A DNA stretch of 64,000 nucleotides from Candidatus Omnitrophota bacterium (lineage in GTDB: Bacteria; Omnitrophota; Gorgyraeia; Gygaellales; Profunditerraquicolaceae): assembly GCA_030650425.1 (NCBI GenBank), contig JAUSED010000008.1, positions 196,554-260,553 of the forward strand, read 5' to 3'. The notes under the pieces are model-generated. The model was not told where the DNA came from and searched no databases. It was given only the letters and a program-made list of their open reading frames with translations. Below are positions 7,122-16,645 of this stretch, piece after piece; positions within the stretch are counted from its first letter, which is position 1; the number at the start of each line of letters is the position of its first letter. The position numbers and the translations under genes were made by a program.

Positions 7122-8666
7122 ATGAAAAAAGTTATAATGATCTTAGCGGGGTTTAGTTTACTGGCTGTGAAGTTGTGGGCGTTGGAACCTCAATGGCAGG
7201 AGATAAGCCGGGGCGCGGTTAATGTAAAAGCAGTTTTGATGAAACGGGGTAATTCTGAGGTTATCTACATGGGGACAGATAGAGGAATATTTAAGAGTGA
7301 AGATGGAGGAAGTGTCTGGAGAAGTATTTTTTCTTTAAGGGGAGATAGCCACGCTATAAATTATTTAACCTTTGCTTCGCAGGATAATAAAGTCATCTAT
7401 GCCGGGACAGGTAACGGGCTATTCTTTAGCGCTAATGAAGGCCAGAGATGGAATAGGCTCTTTAAAGGGAAGGATTCATTCGAAACTAATTGCACTGCTC
7501 TATCATACCTACCGCAAGTAATTTATCTCGGAACAAAATCCGGGTTATTTGTGAGTAAAGATAAAGGCCGTTCATGGCGTAAGCAATCGGGTAAGCTGGG
7601 TAATAGTCGTATATTAAATATTGCTTGCATTGAAAAAGAGCCAAATTTTCTTTATGTTGCTTGCGCGGACGGAGTCTTCAAGAGCGTCGATAGCGGCCTG
7701 AGCTGGGAGAGAATTTATCTAACACATCCAGTGGAAAATGGCGCGGAGTCAGAGGAAGAGAGCGAAGATCGCGATGAGGAGGCGCGTTATTCCGAAGTAA
7801 GATATATAGCCATAGACCCTAATCAGACGAGTAATCTATATCTGGCTACCAGCCGCGGAGTTTATCGAAGTAAAAATAGAGGAAGTGAGTGGGAGTTATT
7901 CTCTGAATACGGTTTACTTAGCCGCGATACCCACTTTTTATTATTTTCAGAAAAATCCGAACTTTACGCGGCGGCTAAGTCAGGGGTGTTTGTTTATAGG
8001 GGTGAGGCATGGAGGGAACTATCGTTTAATCTTAGCTGCCGTTACGTTAATTTTATGGGTTTAGATAAAGAAGGGAATTTATATGCCTGTACCGAAAAGG
8101 GGCTATTCAAATCCAATTTAAGGTATCGGGGTTTACCGGGGAGCGATATAATCAGCGATTATTTTAAAGGCGAACCTAAAATTGAAGAGGTGCAGAAAGA
8201 GGCGATTAAATACGCGGAGGTCGCGCCGGAAAAAATAGCCAACTGGAGGAAACAGGCGCGGAAGAAAGCCATACTTCCGCAGGTTAGTATCGGATTGGAT
8301 AGGAATTCAGGCGACCTCTGGCATTGGGAAGGCGGTTCGACTACCAAAAGCGATGATGATACTCTCAGGCGGGGCCGGGATACTCTGGATTGGGATGTCA
8401 GGTTGAGCTGGGATTTAAGCGAGCTGATTTGGAATAATGATCAGACTTCTATTGATACGCGCTCGCGGCTGATGGTTCAGCTTAGGGATGATTTATTGGA
8501 TGAAGTGAATAAAACATATTTTGAGCGGATCAGGGTTAAAATGGAGTTAGATAGCTTGCAGATTGAAGATAGGAAAAAGCGTTTTGAAAAAGAATTGCGG
8601 GTTAAAGAATTGACCGCTTCTCTGGATGCCCTCACCGGCGGCTATTTCTCAAGCCAAATTAGGTAA
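7122..8666 (+). CDS. Secreted BNR/Asp-box repeat beta-propeller protein (Ycf48/sialidase-like fold) with a charged C-terminal domain
   Basis: Signal peptide, then at least six repeats of the S-x-D-x-G-x-x-W type (KSEDGGSVWRS, SANEGQRWNRL, SKDKGRSWRKQ, SVDSGLSWERI, SKNRGSEWELF). The C-terminal ~170 aa is rich in D/R/K and W. Confidence 0.55.
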   Translation: MKKVIMILAGFSLLAVKLWALEPQWQEISRGAVNVKAVLMKRGNSEVIYMGTDRGIFKSEDGGSVWRSIFSLRGDSHAINYLTFASQDNKVIYAGTGNGLFFSANEGQRWNRLFKGKDSFETNCTALSYLPQVIYLGTKSGLFVSKDKGRSWRKQSGKLGNSRILNIACIEKEPNFLYVACADGVFKSVDSGLSWERIYLTHPVENGAESEEESEDRDEEARYSEVRYIAIDPNQTSNLYLATSRGVYRSKNRGSEWELFSEYGLLSRDTHFLLFSEKSELYAAAKSGVFVYRGEAWRELSFNLSCRYVNFMGLDKEGNLYACTEKGLFKSNLRYRGLPGSDIISDYFKGEPKIEEVQKEAIKYAEVAPEKIANWRKQARKKAILPQVSIGLDRNSGDLWHWEGGSTTKSDDDTLRRGRDTLDWDVRLSWDLSELIWNNDQTSIDTRSRLMVQLRDDLLDEVNKTYFERIRVKMELDSLQIEDRKKRFEKELRVKELTASLDALTGGYFSSQIR

Positions 8667-8803
8667 CTGGCCAGTTAACGGGGCGGGAATGATAAATTAC
8701 TAAAATCCACCTCTGGAAGCTTTTAATTATGGTATAATAACACATTATTGGGATAGAGTTACAAAACAAATATTTTTAACTAAATTAAGGTAGGATAGAC
8801 GCG

Positions 8804-9571
8804 ATGAAAACGCCGGGCCTCCAATCAGCTATTCCTGAGGTAGCTAGCGGTACGCTTACCACTATTGATCATCAAAAAATATCATTCCAGCATTTTAAGA
8901 ATGGCGGCCTCGCCGTTATTATTATCGCGCATGGCTATTATAATAGCAAGCAGTGCGTGGTTTTGCAGCAGTTGTCTCAGGCGCTTAGGGGGCAGTACGA
9001 TATTTTGATGTTTGATTTCCGCGGTCACGGCAAAAGCAGCGGCCTATTTACCTGGTCGAGCCGGGAAGGGAATGATTTACGGGCGGTATTAGATTTTATT
9101 GCGCCGCAATACTCTAAAATTGGGTTGGTTGCTTTTTCTACAGGAGCAAGCATTAGCATTAATGTCCTTGCTAATGATAAACGTGTGGATAGTTTTATCT
9201 GTGTTAGCGCTCCGTCGGATATGTCGAGAATTGATTACCGGTTCTGGGAGCTTGACTGGAAAGGCGACGCGGTATACACTTTATTGAGCCCTAAGGGAAG
9301 GATCGGTAAAGGAGTGCGGCCGGGGCCATTCTGGCTGGCCAAGGAAAGGCCCATTGATAACGTCGCTAAAATTACTGTTCCGATTATGTTTATACACGGC
9401 AGCCGGGACTGGGTAATCAGGCCGTGGCATTCCGAGGCCCTCTACCAAAAGGCAGGCGGGATGAAGAAAATAGTTTTTATCAAAAACGGTCCGCACGCGG
9501 AGTATTTAATGAGGGATTATCCCGGGCAATTCGTCGCCGAAGTAGAAAAGTGGTTCCTTGATACGCTATGA
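8804..9571 (+). CDS. Alpha/beta-hydrolase fold protein (putative esterase/lipase)
   Basis: HGYYNS...FDFRGHGKSSG oxyanion/lid region, nucleophile-elbow-like AFSTGAS, and a C-terminal His in GPHAEY. The stop overlaps the start of the next gene (ATGA). Confidence 0.65.
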   Translation: MKTPGLQSAIPEVASGTLTTIDHQKISFQHFKNGGLAVIIIAHGYYNSKQCVVLQQLSQALRGQYDILMFDFRGHGKSSGLFTWSSREGNDLRAVLDFIAPQYSKIGLVAFSTGASISINVLANDKRVDSFICVSAPSDMSRIDYRFWELDWKGDAVYTLLSPKGRIGKGVRPGPFWLAKERPIDNVAKITVPIMFIHGSRDWVIRPWHSEALYQKAGGMKKIVFIKNGPHAEYLMRDYPGQFVAEVEKWFLDTL

Positions 9572-12297
9572 CGAAGGAAGATTTAGTTATCCCTAAGATA
9601 TTTGCTCAAATTTCTTCACGATTTTCAGATAGGATATGCCTGCAGATAAAAAAGGGCTCGACCTGGGAGACTTGGACTTATGGGCAAATAGAATATTTCT
9701 CTCTAAGCATAGGCGCATTTCTCATTAAAGAGGGTTTTAAAAAAGGAGACTTCGTTGGCTTATGTTTAGAGAATTGTCCGGAATGGGCAATAATCTATTT
9801 AGGCATCGTGGCTTCAGGCCTGGCCTGTGTTCCTTTAGATCCACAGTTGACCGAACAGGAAATAGATAATCTCCTCAATGACTGCTCCGCAAAAATCATC
9901 TTTGTCTCCCACGCCGTTTTTCAGGCAAAAAACATCAATAAACTAAAAGCCGGGTTGAACAAAATCGTTATATTGGGCTTGGATATCGAAAAAGATAATC
10001 TTATTGGCTTGGCACAGGTAAAATCTACCTTGTCCGAAGGACTCACTTGGCCCGAGGTATTCCCCGAAGATACCGCTTCGCTTATCTATACATCAGGTAC
10101 CACCGGCTCGCCAAAAGGGGTAATGCTCACGCATAAAAATCTTTGCTCTAATTTCCAAAGTATTGACAAGCTGCAACTCTTTTCGGATAAGGATTCTTTC
10201 ATATCGATATTACCGCTGCATCACGCCTATCCTTTTATGATTACGTTGGTAACACCTCTTTTTTGCCGCGCGCGGGTCACTTATACTGCAAGCCTTAGGA
10301 GCGATGAATTGCTTAATTTGATGAGAGAGGCTGAGGTAACGGTATTAGTAGGTGTACCGCAACTTTTTTCTATATTTTATACGAATATATCAGAGAAGAT
10401 GAAGAAGGTGCCGTTTTTACTTAAGGCGCCTCTTTTTGGGTTGATAGAGATATTGTGGCAGCTAAGAAGGTTTAGCAAAATAAATTTAAGCAAGCTGGCC
10501 CTGCCGAAGATACACCAACCATTCGGTAAAGCTTTAAGATTTTTTGCCTGCGGGGGCGCAAAGTTAAATGAAGAAGCGGCGATATTTCTTATGAAAATCG
10601 GTTTTACTATACTCGAAGGATACGGGCTTACCGAAACATCTCCGGTGGTAACCTTTAATCCGTTAAATAAGCAGAAGATCGGTTCTGTCGGCAAAGTTAT
10701 CCCGGATGTAGAATTGAAGATCGATGATCCCGGCTCAAGCGCAACGGCTGAGGTGCTGATCAAAGGGCCCAATGTCACCAAGGGCTACTATAATCGGCAA
10801 GATGAGCCCGTAAGCGTTTTAAAGGACGGCTGGTTGCACTCTGGAGACCTGGGCTATATAGATAAGGACGGTTATCTTTATATCACAGGAAGGAAGAAAG
10901 AGCTGATTGTTTTAAGTTCCGGTAAAAACATCTATCCCGAAGAAGTCGAATCTCATTATGCCAAGAGCCCCTTTATTAAAGAGATCTGCGTCTTTGGTAT
11001 CGGCGAAGCCGGGGAAGAGAGGTTGGCTGCCGTGATAGTTACCGACGCTGACTATTGCCGCAAGGTTGGGCAGGTAGATATTAATAGCGTGATCAGATGG
11101 GAGTTAGAAAATTTATCTGAGGGGCTTGCTTCCTACAAACGCATCAAGGGTTATATTATTGTAAGGGAAGATTTGCCGCGCACACGGTTGGGCAAGATAA
11201 AAAGGTACGAAGTTAAGGACAAATATCTAGATGAGCTTAAAGGTATAAAGTTAAAAGGGGTTGAGGAGGAAATTTCCGTTACGGATGAGGATCTTATGCT
11301 GCTCACTAGCTGCGTTGGCGCTAAGATAATCGAGGCCCTGAATAAATACGTAAAGTTAGAAAGACAGATAACTCCTAGCGACCATATCGAATTGGATCTC
11401 GGTATCGATTCGTTGGGCCGCGTAGAGCTGATAACAGCATTAGAGCAGGCGCTTAATATTCGTATATCGGATGAGCTAATGACTAAAGTTTTTACTGTTA
11501 GAGAGCTTATTCTTGAGATAGGTAAATTGGTTCCGGGTGAAGGGGTTCAAAGAGGGTTCATTCCCCAAGCCAAGAGCCAGACTTTATGGAATGATATTTT
11601 AAATGAAGAGCCCGGAAAAGATATAATAAAAAAGGTAAATCTGGCGCCAAACCGGGTGACAATTTTAGGTATACTGTTATTCGCTGAAGTTTTACGCCTT
11701 GTGTTTAAAGCGGTCTGGCGGCTTAAGATTCTCGGAACAGAAAATATTCCGAAAGCTGGAAAGTGCATTTTGTGCGTTAATCACAGCAGTTATCTGGACG
11801 CGTTTGTTGTTGAGGCTTCCATGCCCAAGGGCTTACGAAAGGGCGTTTTTTTTGTTGGTTTTAAAGCCTATTTTGAGCAGTCCGTCATTAGAAATATCAT
11901 AAAATATATCAGGGTTATCCCCATTGATCCGGGTATGCACTTTGTGGAGGCTATGCAGGCATCTTCTTATGTTCTTAAGAATGACAAGATAGTCTGTATC
12001 TTCCCGGAGGGCCAAAGAACTATAGACGGAAATGTTAAAATATTCAAAAAGGGGGTGGGGATACTGGCGAAAGAGTTGAATGCTCCGTTGGTTCCCGTGT
12101 TGATAACGGGCTCATACGAATCTTGGCCGAGGACAAAGCCGTTTCCGAGGCCGTATCCGATCAGTATTACTTTTGGAAAAGCTTTTGATTTTGACGAACT
12201 AAAGAAAGAAGGGCTAAAATTAGGCGCCAAAGATGAATATGAGGCCATAGCTTTTGGCATAAGAGAAGAGGTAATAAAGCTCAAATCACCACTCTAG
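9568..12297 (+). CDS. Tri-domain fusion: acyl-AMP ligase (AMP-dependent synthetase) / acyl-carrier-protein-like domain / lysophospholipid acyltransferase (PlsC/LPLAT) domain
   Basis: Adenylation core IYTSGTTGSPKGVMLTHKN and A10-like LPRTRLGKIKRYEV; carrier motif LGIDSLGRVELITALEQ (DSL serine); acyltransferase motifs VNHSSYLDAFV (HX4D) and FPEGQRT. 909 aa. Confidence 0.8.
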   Translation: MTKEDLVIPKIFAQISSRFSDRICLQIKKGSTWETWTYGQIEYFSLSIGAFLIKEGFKKGDFVGLCLENCPEWAIIYLGIVASGLACVPLDPQLTEQEIDNLLNDCSAKIIFVSHAVFQAKNINKLKAGLNKIVILGLDIEKDNLIGLAQVKSTLSEGLTWPEVFPEDTASLIYTSGTTGSPKGVMLTHKNLCSNFQSIDKLQLFSDKDSFISILPLHHAYPFMITLVTPLFCRARVTYTASLRSDELLNLMREAEVTVLVGVPQLFSIFYTNISEKMKKVPFLLKAPLFGLIEILWQLRRFSKINLSKLALPKIHQPFGKALRFFACGGAKLNEEAAIFLMKIGFTILEGYGLTETSPVVTFNPLNKQKIGSVGKVIPDVELKIDDPGSSATAEVLIKGPNVTKGYYNRQDEPVSVLKDGWLHSGDLGYIDKDGYLYITGRKKELIVLSSGKNIYPEEVESHYAKSPFIKEICVFGIGEAGEERLAAVIVTDADYCRKVGQVDINSVIRWELENLSEGLASYKRIKGYIIVREDLPRTRLGKIKRYEVKDKYLDELKGIKLKGVEEEISVTDEDLMLLTSCVGAKIIEALNKYVKLERQITPSDHIELDLGIDSLGRVELITALEQALNIRISDELMTKVFTVRELILEIGKLVPGEGVQRGFIPQAKSQTLWNDILNEEPGKDIIKKVNLAPNRVTILGILLFAEVLRLVFKAVWRLKILGTENIPKAGKCILCVNHSSYLDAFVVEASMPKGLRKGVFFVGFKAYFEQSVIRNIIKYIRVIPIDPGMHFVEAMQASSYVLKNDKIVCIFPEGQRTIDGNVKIFKKGVGILAKELNAPLVPVLITGSYESWPRTKPFPRPYPISITFGKAFDFDELKKEGLKLGAKDEYEAIAFGIREEVIKLKSPL

Positions 12298-12358
12298 TAA
12301 TCCGCTATAAAATCCTTCCTAAAACCCAAAAGAAGCAATTTTATACCAAAAAAAATAT

Positions 12359-12387
12359 TTGACAATATGCTCTACAAGAAATAAAAT
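12359..12387 (+). promoter_or_regulatory. Sigma70 promoter TTGACA-17 nt-TAAAAT upstream of the PAS kinase gene
   Basis: Consensus -35 hexamer at 12359-12364 and -10 at 12382-12387. Confidence 0.45.
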
Positions 12388-12452
12388 ATATTGAAGGAAT
12401 TGGGCGTAAAAGATTATTTTACGGAGAAAAAGCCGATAAATAGCTATTCTAT

Positions 12453-13715
12453 ATGAAAATAACAAAGAAAAAGAGAACGAAAAAGCCCTTATTGAGAAAT
12501 AAAATCCGCAACGGTGAGCGCGTGCGGCTTGAGGGGGTAGTTAAGCAACAGGCCGCTGAACTGAAAGAAAAAAACGGGCAATTAAGGAATGGGGCAAGGA
12601 AGCAACTAAGGTCAGAAGAGCAGATTCATATCCGCACTAAAGCGATGGAATCGGCAGTTGACGGTATTTTTATTATCGATGTCAAGAAGCCGGATTTTCC
12701 TGTTATCTATGCCAACCAATCATTCCAGAAGATGACCGGTTACGCGAAAAACGAAATCCTGGGCCGAGGTTATTTTTTATCCTATGGGGCTGACGCCGAT
12801 CCTCATATTATTGAGGAAATAAAACACGCGATACATCAGGGTAAATTTTTCTATAGAGAGATGCTTAGCTTTCAAAAAAATGGCAAGAAATATTTGAATT
12901 TATTGCGCGTTACACCGGTGCGTGATACCCGCGGTGGCGTCACTCATTATGTAGGGATTCAGACAGATGTCACTCTGATGCGGGAGAAGGAGTTGGAGAT
13001 TGACGAACAGCGCGAGGAGCTTTTGCATGTTACCCGGGTAGGGAAACTCGCGGAATTTGTTTCTTCGCTTGCCCATGAAATCAGCCAGCCTCTTACGGCT
13101 ATTCTTTCTTATTCTCAGGCTGCCCAGCGCATACTCTTAGATAGAGAACCTGAACTACAGAAGATTCTTTCGTACATTATTAGCGATGACCAGCGCGCGG
13201 CCGAGGTTATCCAGCGGCTGCGTTCACTGTTAAAGAAGAGCGCGCCTGAGATGAGGCTGTTGGATATCAATGCCCTTATCAATGAGACTATTGTGATTAT
13301 TTCAACCGATGCCACCGTAAGGAACGCTGTCGTTAAAACCGAGTTTGATGCTAATCTTCCACTTGTCCGCGGCGACCGGATACAATTGCAGCAGGTCATC
13401 CTGAATCTTATCAGTAATAGTTTCGATGCCATGGAGAACAGCCAAGGGGAGCGTGAAATATTGATTCGCGCGTCGCGTAAAGATAGCGGTAGGATTGTCG
13501 TAGAGGTGAAGGATTCCGGATGCGGTATCCCCGCGAAAAATATACCTAAGCTTTTCACTCATTTTTTTACCAGTAAAGCGGATGGTTTGGGTATGGGTTT
13601 GTCGATCAGCCGTTCGATTATTGAGGCGCATGGCGGACAATTGGACGTAGAAAACAATCCTGAACGCGGAGCGACCTTTTATTTTACCATTCCTGTTGAT
13701 AAAAATGATGCTTAA
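12453..13715 (+). CDS. Cytoplasmic PAS-domain sensor histidine kinase
   Basis: PAS (FQKMTGYAKNEILGRGYF), H-box HEISQPLTAI, N-box LISNSFDAM, G-boxes DSGCGIP and GLGMGLSISRSIIEAHGG. No TM segments. Confidence 0.8.
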   Translation: MKITKKKRTKKPLLRNKIRNGERVRLEGVVKQQAAELKEKNGQLRNGARKQLRSEEQIHIRTKAMESAVDGIFIIDVKKPDFPVIYANQSFQKMTGYAKNEILGRGYFLSYGADADPHIIEEIKHAIHQGKFFYREMLSFQKNGKKYLNLLRVTPVRDTRGGVTHYVGIQTDVTLMREKELEIDEQREELLHVTRVGKLAEFVSSLAHEISQPLTAILSYSQAAQRILLDREPELQKILSYIISDDQRAAEVIQRLRSLLKKSAPEMRLLDINALINETIVIISTDATVRNAVVKTEFDANLPLVRGDRIQLQQVILNLISNSFDAMENSQGEREILIRASRKDSGRIVVEVKDSGCGIPAKNIPKLFTHFFTSKADGLGMGLSISRSIIEAHGGQLDVENNPERGATFYFTIPVDKNDA

Positions 13716-14342
13716 GTGAGTAATCCCGGGCCTACTATTTATATCGTTGATGATGATCTCTCTGTGTGCAGGGCCTTGTCCTTATTGTTAAAGTTACACG
13801 GATTCAAGCCGCAGACGTTTACGCGCTCCGCGGATTTTTTAGCGTGTTCGCATCCTAAGGTCCCATCGTGCCTGGTACTCGATATTCGCCTTCCGGATAT
13901 CAACGGGCTTGCCCTGCAGGATGCTATGGCAGAGCGGAAACTGATCATCCCGATTATCTTTATCACCGGGCATGGGGATATCCCGATGAGCGTGAAAGCT
14001 ATGAAGGCTGGAGCTGTTGATTTTCTTCCCAAGCCTTTTACTGAAAAGAAGCTGCTTAATGCTGTTACCGCCGCTATTTTAAAAAGCAAGGCTCAAAATA
14101 GAGAACAAGCCGAAATATCAAAAATTAAGCGCCGCGTTAAAACTTTGTCTCCGCGGGAACTAGAGGTTTTTCGGCTCGTAGCTAAGGGGATGTTGAGTAA
14201 GCAGATCGCCCGTAAACGGGGAACCAGCCTTCAGACGATCAAAGTCCACCGCGGCCGGGTTATGCAAAAGATGCAGGCTAAGACCGTCACTGAACTTATC
14301 CGCTTTGCCCAAAAATGCGGCATTACTCCTCCTGAGCGCTAA
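13716..14342 (+). CDS. FixJ/NarL-family response regulator (receiver + LuxR-type HTH)
   Basis: IYIVDDD...LDIRLPDINGL receiver; LSPRELEVFRLVAKGMLSKQIARKRGTSLQTIKVHR HTH. About 78% identical to the paralog at 22845..23471. Confidence 0.85.
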   Translation: MSNPGPTIYIVDDDLSVCRALSLLLKLHGFKPQTFTRSADFLACSHPKVPSCLVLDIRLPDINGLALQDAMAERKLIIPIIFITGHGDIPMSVKAMKAGAVDFLPKPFTEKKLLNAVTAAILKSKAQNREQAEISKIKRRVKTLSPRELEVFRLVAKGMLSKQIARKRGTSLQTIKVHRGRVMQKMQAKTVTELIRFAQKCGITPPER

Positions 14343-14400
14343 TTATACCTGAGTACAATTGATTTAATTCCGATATATTTCTATAATCACAGTATAAGAT
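14341..14400 (+). promoter_or_regulatory. Copy 1 of the conserved promoter/operator element (tacaaTTGATTtaattccgatatatttcTATAATca), upstream of the pilus-like cluster
   Basis: TTGATT at 14359-14364, 17-nt spacer, TATAAT at 14382-14387. Shares the upstream ATTATACCTgAGTACAATTG block with copies at 21545-21615, 23505-23570 and 25901-25955. Confidence 0.5.
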
Positions 14401-14468
14401 TATTCACAATTCACTGCCTTACTTATAGCCAGGCTTTAAAGTTTGCCTGAAGAAGATTGCGGGTGAAT

Positions 14469-15863
14469 ATGCGTAAAAATAAATATTTAACAGCGCTAAT
14501 TCTGATTTTATCATTTTTAGCCGTTTCTTTGCCTGTTTTAGCCGCGGATATTTTTGACCTTACTTATACGCTTACCGAAGGCGGATATCAGTTAGAATTA
14601 AATCCTGTTAATTTATATAAAGGCGTTAATTTAAGAGTGGATACCAATATCGGCAGGCGCTACGAAATTATTCAAAGAATTATTCAGCCGTTAACAAGCA
14701 AAGATAATCCCGGGGTAATGATTCAGGATAATTTTGTGGTGCGCGGTATAAGCGGTTCCAATAGATTCGGGAACCTGCGTTTCTCTACCGGCGGTATAGC
14801 CGTAAGGTCAGAAGATATTATCTACGTTTCTGATAGCGCGGGTGACGCGGATAATTTTTCTTTAGTCTATGGCCTGATTAACGCGGAAAATTTACAGCCT
14901 GGGTATTATTCAGGGCGTGTTAGTTTTACTTTGAATCCTATTTCGTCAAGCCAGCAGCAGATTACCAGGATTTTAGAGGTGTATGTATCGATAACGGCTC
15001 AAGGCCGGGAAAAGCCCCGCGTTGAGATAAGCGCTTCCAGCGGCTCAAAATCTATAACGCTTAACCCTAAAAAAGAAAAGAATCAAGCGAAAGAGGAAGT
15101 TTTTATAAAAATTAATTCGACTGAGAAAAAGCAATTCAGTATAGTCCAGTTTGTGCCCGAGCCCATGGAATCAGAATCCGGGGATATTCTGGATAATCAA
15201 GCGGTAAATTTTATAGTAAGAAACGCGGAAAAAGGCGTGTCAACAAATATGGTTAGCGCGTTAACTTCCAGTCCGCAGAAGATTTATACTTCCGGTATTG
15301 ACGGCAGCGCGGATAATTCTCTGGTGGTTACATATATCTTAGGGGACCTAACGGCTAAAAAATCAGGAAAATATAAATCTCGCGTACAGTATTTATGGGA
15401 AGAAGCAGGCGCGCAGACAAAAATAGACAGCTTAGAACTGTTGATTGATAACGAGCGGATATTTAATTTGATCGTCACTCCTGCGGATCAAAAATACGAA
15501 ATTGAATTCCGCGGCCTTAAGCCTTTGGGCCAGCCTAAGGCCAGCGAGGTAATCTTAGAGGTTACCAGCAATACCGGTAAACCTTATCAAATAAATCAGG
15601 AGATATCCAGCGGCTTGGTGAATAAGGAGGGGTTAGAGATTCCTGCTCAATATTTTACGCTGCGTACTGAAAATATTAATAGCAAGGGCAATTTTAAATT
15701 TCTTGAAAAGCAAGAAGTAAAAAAAGGCAATACTATTTTGTTTGTTTCGGATAGCGAAGGCGCGCCCGCCAAGATAAAAGTTATTTACGAATTGACTAGC
15801 CCTGTGGATTTAAAAGCGGGAGACTATCTGGCTAATGTTACCTATTCTTTGTTAGAGATGTAA
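14469..15863 (+). CDS. Secreted multi-domain protein with three SCPU/pilin-like repeats (candidate tip or minor pilus subunit)
   Basis: Signal peptide. Each ~150-aa module ends with a G-x-Y-x-x-x-V-x-(Y/F)-x-L strand (GYYSGRVSFTL, GKYKSRVQYLW, GDYLANVTYSLL), as in the C-terminus of the 197-aa subunits. A TTG start at 14457 is also possible. Confidence 0.45.
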   Translation: MRKNKYLTALILILSFLAVSLPVLAADIFDLTYTLTEGGYQLELNPVNLYKGVNLRVDTNIGRRYEIIQRIIQPLTSKDNPGVMIQDNFVVRGISGSNRFGNLRFSTGGIAVRSEDIIYVSDSAGDADNFSLVYGLINAENLQPGYYSGRVSFTLNPISSSQQQITRILEVYVSITAQGREKPRVEISASSGSKSITLNPKKEKNQAKEEVFIKINSTEKKQFSIVQFVPEPMESESGDILDNQAVNFIVRNAEKGVSTNMVSALTSSPQKIYTSGIDGSADNSLVVTYILGDLTAKKSGKYKSRVQYLWEEAGAQTKIDSLELLIDNERIFNLIVTPADQKYEIEFRGLKPLGQPKASEVILEVTSNTGKPYQINQEISSGLVNKEGLEIPAQYFTLRTENINSKGNFKFLEKQEVKKGNTILFVSDSEGAPAKIKVIYELTSPVDLKAGDYLANVTYSLLEM

Positions 15864-15952
15864 CTTGTTTAATTATCAGGAAGGGGGGCAAGGTATTTGT
15901 TGGTTAGGTTGAATTAAAAATCAGGATTTGTTTCATTAAAAGGAGGAAGGCT

Positions 15953-16546
15953 ATGAAAAAAAGAATTATTTTAGGAGCAGCGGGTTTGGTGCTTGGGTTG
16001 GCGTCACTGTGTTTTGCCGCCACAAGCATAAGGATAGCAGCTACCATCGGTGAGACGCATCAGATGAATGTAGCTTTAAGTAGAGTCGCAAGCCAAGGCG
16101 CGACCCCGACTCTGGTTGCTGATCTTACGGGTACAGGCATGGATTTTGGCACATTGACAGAAAATCCTACGGATCATAATTTCAGGTCGACTGTTTTTTT
16201 CTTTATAGACGCGCCTGTAGTTTCTAATAAAACAGGCTGGACTATAACTCACACCGCCACTGATTTTGCAAATTCCGCGGGTAATAATTTAAACGCCAAC
16301 ACGAATGTAACGTTTATGAAGGCAGTTCCCGGAGGGGAAACCGCGCTTACTGGTAATAGTTATGTCAGCTACTCGGCGGCTAAAACAAGAGCGGCAATCG
16401 CGCAAGCCGAGCTTACCGGCGGCTGGTTAAGAATTTATTACGGTATCGCCCAAGGCTCCCTCGACGCGCCCGGCGTTAATGTTATTACTACGGCTATGCC
16501 GACAGGCAGTTATGTGGGGACGGTAACTTTAACTCTTTCTCCGTAA
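15953..16546 (+). CDS. Secreted 197-aa pilin-like subunit (Spore-coat-U/Csu-type archaic chaperone-usher subunit-like), paralog A
   Basis: Signal peptide, a Thr/Ser/Asn/Gly-rich beta-rich body, C-terminal GSYVGTVTLTLSP. About 70% identical to 17554..18150. Confidence 0.5.
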   Translation: MKKRIILGAAGLVLGLASLCFAATSIRIAATIGETHQMNVALSRVASQGATPTLVADLTGTGMDFGTLTENPTDHNFRSTVFFFIDAPVVSNKTGWTITHTATDFANSAGNNLNANTNVTFMKAVPGGETALTGNSYVSYSAAKTRAAIAQAELTGGWLRIYYGIAQGSLDAPGVNVITTAMPTGSYVGTVTLTLSP

Positions 16547-16570
16547 GCGGGGTAACTTTATTAAAGCATC

Positions 16571-16617
16571 AATGCCGGAAGAACAGCCTTAAAAAAGCGT
16601 TTTGTCCTTCCGGCATT
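16571..16617 (+). promoter_or_regulatory. Intergenic hairpin (11-bp stem aatgccggaag/cttccggcatt, ~25-nt loop) between subunit A and the chaperone-like gene; candidate partial terminator or attenuator setting subunit stoichiometry
   Basis: Perfect inverted repeat followed by GTTGCTTTATCTT. Confidence 0.35.
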
Positions 16618-16645
16618 GTTGCTTTATCTTAGCTCAAGGAAAATA

